The notes beneath the pieces were generated by a model, which saw nothing but the letters and a program-made list of their open reading frames with translations, was not told the origin of the DNA and did not search any database. Of a DNA stretch of 19,215 bases, positions 14,674 through 19,215 are shown piece by piece. The position numbers and the translations under genes were made by a program. This stretch comes from Gemmatimonadota bacterium. GTDB lineage: Bacteria; Latescibacterota; UBA2968; UBA8231. The stretch lies in contig JAYOYH010000043.1 in the NCBI GenBank assembly GCA_038153405.1, forward strand, positions 21,989 through 41,203, given 5' to 3'. The number at the start of each line of letters is the position of its first letter. Positions within the stretch are counted from its first letter, which is position 1.

Positions 14674-16669
14674 AGTTTTGCAGTGCCGTGCGCAACTGAT
14701 CGGCGCGTGCGCTCGCTCCTTCTACCGCCCAAAACTGCTCGGCCTGATGCCGTGCAGCGTCCCTTTGCCCCGCTTGTAGGTAGAGCAGCGCCAATCTAAA
14801 ATGCGCCGGTGCGTAGCGCCGCTGGGCCGCCAATAGCAGCGCCTCAATTGCCGCATCGAATTCCCCTTGCGCTTGCAGCGCCATGCCCAGATTGAAGTAG
14901 ATCTCGCCGCGCACCTCGCCGCGCTGCAGCGCCGTGCGATATGCTTCTACTCCTGCGCGCGTCTGCCCGCTGCCCATCAACGCATTACCCAAATTAAACC
15001 AGTATACGCCAAAACCCATGTCCAACTCCGTTGCCCTTCGATGGGCAGCAGCACTAGCAGTCCAGTTTTCCCGCGCCGCGTATAGCGAACCCAATTGGTC
15101 CCAAAGAGGCGCATGTCCTGCGTGGCGCTGCAGCGCCTCGCGCAAAACCCGTTCGGCCTGCGCGTCGTTTCCCTCGGCCGCGTATTCAGCCGCCAGCGCC
15201 TGCCAATGGCGCACATTGCCCGGATGGGCGGCCACCGCCGCGGCAAATGCCCCACGCGCTTTTTCGTGTCGACCAGCCTGACGATAGTGACTCCCCACGC
15301 TCTCCCAGCCATATGAGCGCGCGTGCTGCGATAGCGCTCCGTTGCGCATCAGCGTTTCGTAGCGATACAGAGCCGATTCCGCATCCGCATTAAGCGCCAA
15401 CCAACTCAGCGCATGCAGTGCAACTGCACCTATGATCAGCATCCCACCGGCGGGCTCCAAGCGGTTTAGGCGCGCGCTATACAACACCCATAATAGCGTT
15501 GGCAACAGCGCAGCAGAGAGTATATCCCAGTCTCGAAACGCTCCAATTTCTGGATTGGCACAAAAGGAAAACAGCAGCGGACCTAGCGCGGCCAGCGCAA
15601 GAAAAACAGCAGCTGCATCGCGGCGCCGGTGAATCCCCACAGAGCATATCAGCAGCGCGCCAATCGGCGCGGCCAGCAGCAAGACATTGACCATGTCTAA
15701 CAAATGGGCCGGGGCGAGTAAACCATAGGCCTGAGCGAAGTCGGGCGGCGCTGTGATGGGAAGAATGTGGCCCCCCCGCAGACCGCTGGCATAGGCGAGT
15801 GGATCAATGCCCAACGCACGCAGCACAGCCAAGCCGAACAAGGGGGACGGCAGCAGTTGTAAGGCAATGGCCCAACCGCTTTGACCGCGCTGACGTGCGC
15901 TCCACGCCAACGCGAGTAACGAGGGTGACAGCATAAAAGCGATGTAGTGATAGGTCGTCAGCAAGGCGAGAAACAGCGGTGCCCCAAGAAGGTATCTTCC
16001 GCCTCTCAAGTAGCGAAGCGCAATCAGCACATACGCCAGTATGCCAGGAAAGAGCAGCGCATAGGTTTCGATATAACCGCAGAAAATCTGCATATACCCG
16101 GCGGTCAGCAGCGCGGCAGTGACCAATCTGCGCTCGGCGCTCTCGCCGCGTAGGGCCGCCGCCGCCGAAAAGGCCAGCAGCACGTAGAGCACTCCCGATG
16201 CATAGCTATATGTGCGCAATACCTGCTCGGCATTAGCACCCAGGCGCAGGCCGACAATATGCAGTTGATCGAGCACATACAGAGCCAGTGGCTCATTGCC
16301 GCTGCGCACAGCGCGCATCTCCACCTCGCGCAGCATCAGGTAGCCGTCTCCGAGCAGATGCAGCGCAGAACGCAGGGCGACAAACAGCCCGACATACAGA
16401 ACCCCCAACACAAGGGGTCGGTCTAGTGCAGACCCCATCGGTGCGACCAAACGCACTAGCGCAGGACGGCCTGCCAGCAGTGCAAGTGCGGCTCCTCCCA
16501 AGACAAAGGTCCACCGCGACCAATCCGGTCCGTAGGCGAGTAGATCGAGCGACCATAGCGCTGGCAGAGGCGCCCATAGGGCGACGACATGCAGCATCCA
16601 AAACGCAGCCACACAGCCCAGCAAACGCCGCGAAACGCGCCCACCATTCCCCTCTATTTCGTCCTTCAA
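14672..16669 (-). CDS. Multi-pass membrane protein with C-terminal TPR repeats (possibly GT-C-like)
   Basis: About 430 aa hydrophobic N-terminal part with LLGDGY, GYIETY and RDWD motifs; TPRs (WFNLGNAL, YFNLGMAL, AHFRLALLY). TTG start. Confidence 0.75.
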   Translation of the reverse strand: MKDEIEGNGGRVSRRLLGCVAAFWMLHVVALWAPLPALWSLDLLAYGPDWSRWTFVLGGAALALLAGRPALVRLVAPMGSALDRPLVLGVLYVGLFVALRSALHLLGDGYLMLREVEMRAVRSGNEPLALYVLDQLHIVGLRLGANAEQVLRTYSYASGVLYVLLAFSAAAALRGESAERRLVTAALLTAGYMQIFCGYIETYALLFPGILAYVLIALRYLRGGRYLLGAPLFLALLTTYHYIAFMLSPSLLALAWSARQRGQSGWAIALQLLPSPLFGLAVLRALGIDPLAYASGLRGGHILPITAPPDFAQAYGLLAPAHLLDMVNVLLLAAPIGALLICSVGIHRRRDAAAVFLALAALGPLLFSFCANPEIGAFRDWDILSAALLPTLLWVLYSARLNRLEPAGGMLIIGAVALHALSWLALNADAESALYRYETLMRNGALSQHARSYGWESVGSHYRQAGRHEKARGAFAAAVAAHPGNVRHWQALAAEYAAEGNDAQAERVLREALQRHAGHAPLWDQLGSLYAARENWTASAAAHRRATELDMGFGVYWFNLGNALMGSGQTRAGVEAYRTALQRGEVRGEIYFNLGMALQAQGEFDAAIEALLLAAQRRYAPAHFRLALLYLQAGQRDAARHQAEQFWAVEGASARADQLRTALQN

Positions 16670-16774
16670 AACACCTCTTTACCCATCAAAGGCTCATTGT
16701 ATTGCTGACAGCAGCAGTTTCGCTATATTGATACACTTTCCACATACACCGCACCATTAAAAGAAGCCACACGA

Positions 16775-17683
16775 GTGAAACTCACAATCGGCAGCCGCGG
16801 CAGCAAACTGGCTCTTACGCAGACGCATCACGTGCGCGACCAACTGTGCGCCCTACACGACGACCTCGAAGTCGAGATCGCGATTATTCGCACCACTGGC
16901 GATGGCAGTGGCGACTCCCTGCGCAGCTTTGGCGGCCAGGGCGTCTTCACCAAAGAATTGGAAAACGCCCTGCTCGACGGGCGCGTCGATTTAGCCGTGC
17001 ACAGCCTCAAAGACCTGCCAACGCAGTTCCACCCCGATCTCGACATTGTCGCCACGCCGCCGCGCGAAGATGTGCGCGACGCGCTGGTGGCCGGCGCCGA
17101 ATACAGCGCGCTGAGCGAACTGCCTGCCGGCGCCGTCGTCGGCACCGGCAGCCCGCGTCGGCAAACTCAACTGCGCGCCCTGCGCGACGACCTCGAACTC
17201 GTGGATATCCGCGGCAATCTCGACACCCGCATCGACAAAGTTGCCCAGGGCGCATGCGCGGCCATTCTGCTGGCGGCCGCCGGACTGCACCGCCTAGGTT
17301 GGCGGCGACACATTAGCGCCTATCTACCGGTGTCCGACATATTACCCGCTGCTGGCCAGGCCGCCCTCGGCCTGCAGATGCGCTGCGACCATCCGCTGCG
17401 CGCGTACGTGGCGGGCCTGGACGACGCCAGCACCCATCAGTCCATATCGGCCGAGCGCAGCCTGCTGCGCACCCTGCGCGGAGGCTGCCACGCGCCCGTC
17501 GCCGCATGGGCGCGCATTGAAGAGGGCCAATTGGTGCTGGACGGGCGCGTCGGACATCCCAGCGGCGCGCCGCTCCTGCACGCACGGCGCAGCGCGCCGC
17601 CCGACCGCGCCGAAGCGCTCGGATCCGACTTGGCAGAGGATCTGCGCGCACAGGGCGCCGACGCCATTATCCAAGAGCGCTAA
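16775..17683 (+). CDS. hemC: Hydroxymethylbilane synthase
   Basis: IGSRGSKLALTQ, GVFTKELE, AVHSLKDLP, IRGNLDTR and GGCHAPV (cofactor Cys). GTG start. Confidence 0.97.
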   Translation: MKLTIGSRGSKLALTQTHHVRDQLCALHDDLEVEIAIIRTTGDGSGDSLRSFGGQGVFTKELENALLDGRVDLAVHSLKDLPTQFHPDLDIVATPPREDVRDALVAGAEYSALSELPAGAVVGTGSPRRQTQLRALRDDLELVDIRGNLDTRIDKVAQGACAAILLAAAGLHRLGWRRHISAYLPVSDILPAAGQAALGLQMRCDHPLRAYVAGLDDASTHQSISAERSLLRTLRGGCHAPVAAWARIEEGQLVLDGRVGHPSGAPLLHARRSAPPDRAEALGSDLAEDLRAQGADAIIQER

Positions 17684-19215
17684 TGGTCGACGCCTCAATC
17701 CACTCTACGCCCGGCATGGTCTATATCGTCGGTGCTGGACCGGGCGATCCAGGCCTGCTGACCTGCAAAGGAGCAGAGGCCCTGCGGCGCGCCGACGTCG
17801 TCTTTTACGACGAACTGCTCGATCGCCGGCTCCTCGACCTAACCGAGCCGCGCTGCCAGCACATCTACGTCGGTAAGCGGGGCGGTCGCACGAGCGCCAC
17901 ACAGGAAGAAATTAACGACCAACTGTCCGAACGCGCACGCAGCGGCCAGGTCGTGGTCCGCCTCAAGGGCGGCGATCCCTTTGTATTCGGACGCGGCGGC
18001 GAAGAAGCGCTGCACCTGAGCCATGCCGGTATCGACTTCGAAATCATCCCCGGCATCTCTGCGGCCGCCGGCGCGACCGCCTACGCCGGCATTCCCCTCA
18101 CCCACCGCGGCCTGGCCTCGGCCGCCGTTCTCGTCACCGGCAACGAAGATCCCGAGGCCGACAACGGCCAGGTCGACTGGCCCACCCTCGCCCAACTCGA
18201 CGCCACGTTGGTCGTCTTTATGGCAGCGCGCACCCTGCCCGGCATCTGCCGCGTCCTCGTGCGCCATGGCCGACTAGCCACCACGCCAGCGGCCGTCGTT
18301 GAGTGGGGCACTTGGTCGCGCCAGCGCACCGTTGAAGGCTCGCTAGCCACTCTGCCCGGATTGGCCGAAGAGGCCGGCATCGCCTCGCCGGCCCTCATCG
18401 TGGTCGGCGACGTCGTATCGCTGCGTTCGCAGCTGGCGTGGCGCGAGCACAGAGCCCTATTCGGGCGCACCGTACTCGTCACGCGCAGCAGAGAGCAATC
18501 CGCCGAACTGGTCGCGCACCTGGAGCGGGCCGGTGCCGAAGCGCGCATTCTCCCCCTGTTGGACATCTCTGCACCCGATGACCTTGGCCCGCTCGACGCC
18601 GCGCTGCGCACCCTCTCAGAATGGGATTGGCTGCTCTTTACCAGCGCCAACGGCGTGCGTTTTTTCTCTGCGCGCCTCCAGTCCCTACAACTCGATGCGC
18701 GCGCCCTGGCCCACCTGCGCATCGCCGCCGTGGGCAGCAAAACGGCCGAGGCGTTAGCCGTATGCGGTCTGCGCGCCGACTTGGTGCCCGCCGAGCAATC
18801 GCAGCAGGGCCTAGCAAAGGCCTTCGCCGAGCTGGATATGCAGGGCGCGCGCGTGCTCTTCCCGACCTCGGCCATTGGCCGCACCGAATTAGTCGAGTTC
18901 CTGCAGGAGCGCGGAGCCCGCGTCGAGCGGGTGACGGCGTACCAAAATCGCCCGCCGACCGCGATCGATACGCGCTCAGCGCTCGACGGCGAGGCGGCAA
19001 TCGACATGGTCGTCTTTGCCAGCCCATCTAGCGTCGATCACCTCTACGAAGTCCTAGGGCCAGACGGTGCCCAGCGGCTATTTGAGCGCGCCGCCGTATC
19101 CTGTATTGGTCCCACCACCGCCGCCGCCGCCCGTGCGCGCGGTCTGCCAGTGCACGTCCAACCCGATCACAGCAGCGTGCCGGCACTCGTCGAACACATA
19201 TGCGCCTACTACGGC
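17683..19215 (+). CDS. cobA: Uroporphyrinogen-III C-methyltransferase / uroporphyrinogen-III synthase fusion (CobA-HemD), 3' end outside the window
   Basis: Manual translation from the TAATG overlap with hemC: VYIVGAGPGDPGLLT, VVRLKGGDPFVFGRGGEE, AYAGIPLTHR, then the HemD part LFGRTVLVTR, LFTSANGV, VFASPSSV, CIGPTTA. Absent from the ORF track because it has no stop in the window. Confidence 0.95.
   Translation, partial: MVDASIHSTPGMVYIVGAGPGDPGLLTCKGAEALRRADVVFYDELLDRRLLDLTEPRCQHIYVGKRGGRTSATQEEINDQLSERARSGQVVVRLKGGDPFVFGRGGEEALHLSHAGIDFEIIPGISAAAGATAYAGIPLTHRGLASAAVLVTGNEDPEADNGQVDWPTLAQLDATLVVFMAARTLPGICRVLVRHGRLATTPAAVVEWGTWSRQRTVEGSLATLPGLAEEAGIASPALIVVGDVVSLRSQLAWREHRALFGRTVLVTRSREQSAELVAHLERAGAEARILPLLDISAPDDLGPLDAALRTLSEWDWLLFTSANGVRFFSARLQSLQLDARALAHLRIAAVGSKTAEALAVCGLRADLVPAEQSQQGLAKAFAELDMQGARVLFPTSAIGRTELVEFLQERGARVERVTAYQNRPPTAIDTRSALDGEAAIDMVVFASPSSVDHLYEVLGPDGAQRLFERAAVSCIGPTTAAAARARGLPVHVQPDHSSVPALVEHICAYYG

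Noticed and set aside
18081..19007. 308-aa minus-strand ORF
   Set aside because: Antisense shadow of cobA-hemD, which has clear motifs on the + strand.
17683..19215. CobA-HemD fusion as a novelty
   Set aside because: A well-known fusion that commonly follows hemC in many bacteria.

Overview
GC-rich bacterial chromosomal window with no mobile elements, CRISPR, tRNA or rRNA detected. The short RpoD-type sigma factor suggests an FCB-superphylum organism such as Latescibacterota (inference only). Left to right: partial ubiE/menG (-); a cytoplasmic PAS histidine kinase and a sigma54 response regulator; a consensus sigma54 promoter before a PTS EIIA gene and a sigma70-family factor; O-antigen-ligase/TPR protein (-); small J-domain protein and LOG protein; an isolated FliG homologue in an apparent operon with a UVR-motif protein (-); a NifA-like GAF-AAA-HTH activator followed by a sigma54 promoter and amtB-glnK-putative porin; a densely structured intergenic region; a membrane TPR protein (-); hemC; and a cobA-hemD fusion running off the end. 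Main leads: (1) a putative two-component -> sigma54 -> EIIA + sigma70 cascade with GTGCA-N5-TGCAC boxes and IHF-like sites on both sides of the promoter; (2) a NifA-like nitrogen-uptake circuit without nif genes in the window, with a candidate ACA-N4-TGT operator pair at 32-bp spacing in two places; (3) the orphan fliG/UVR-protein pair.
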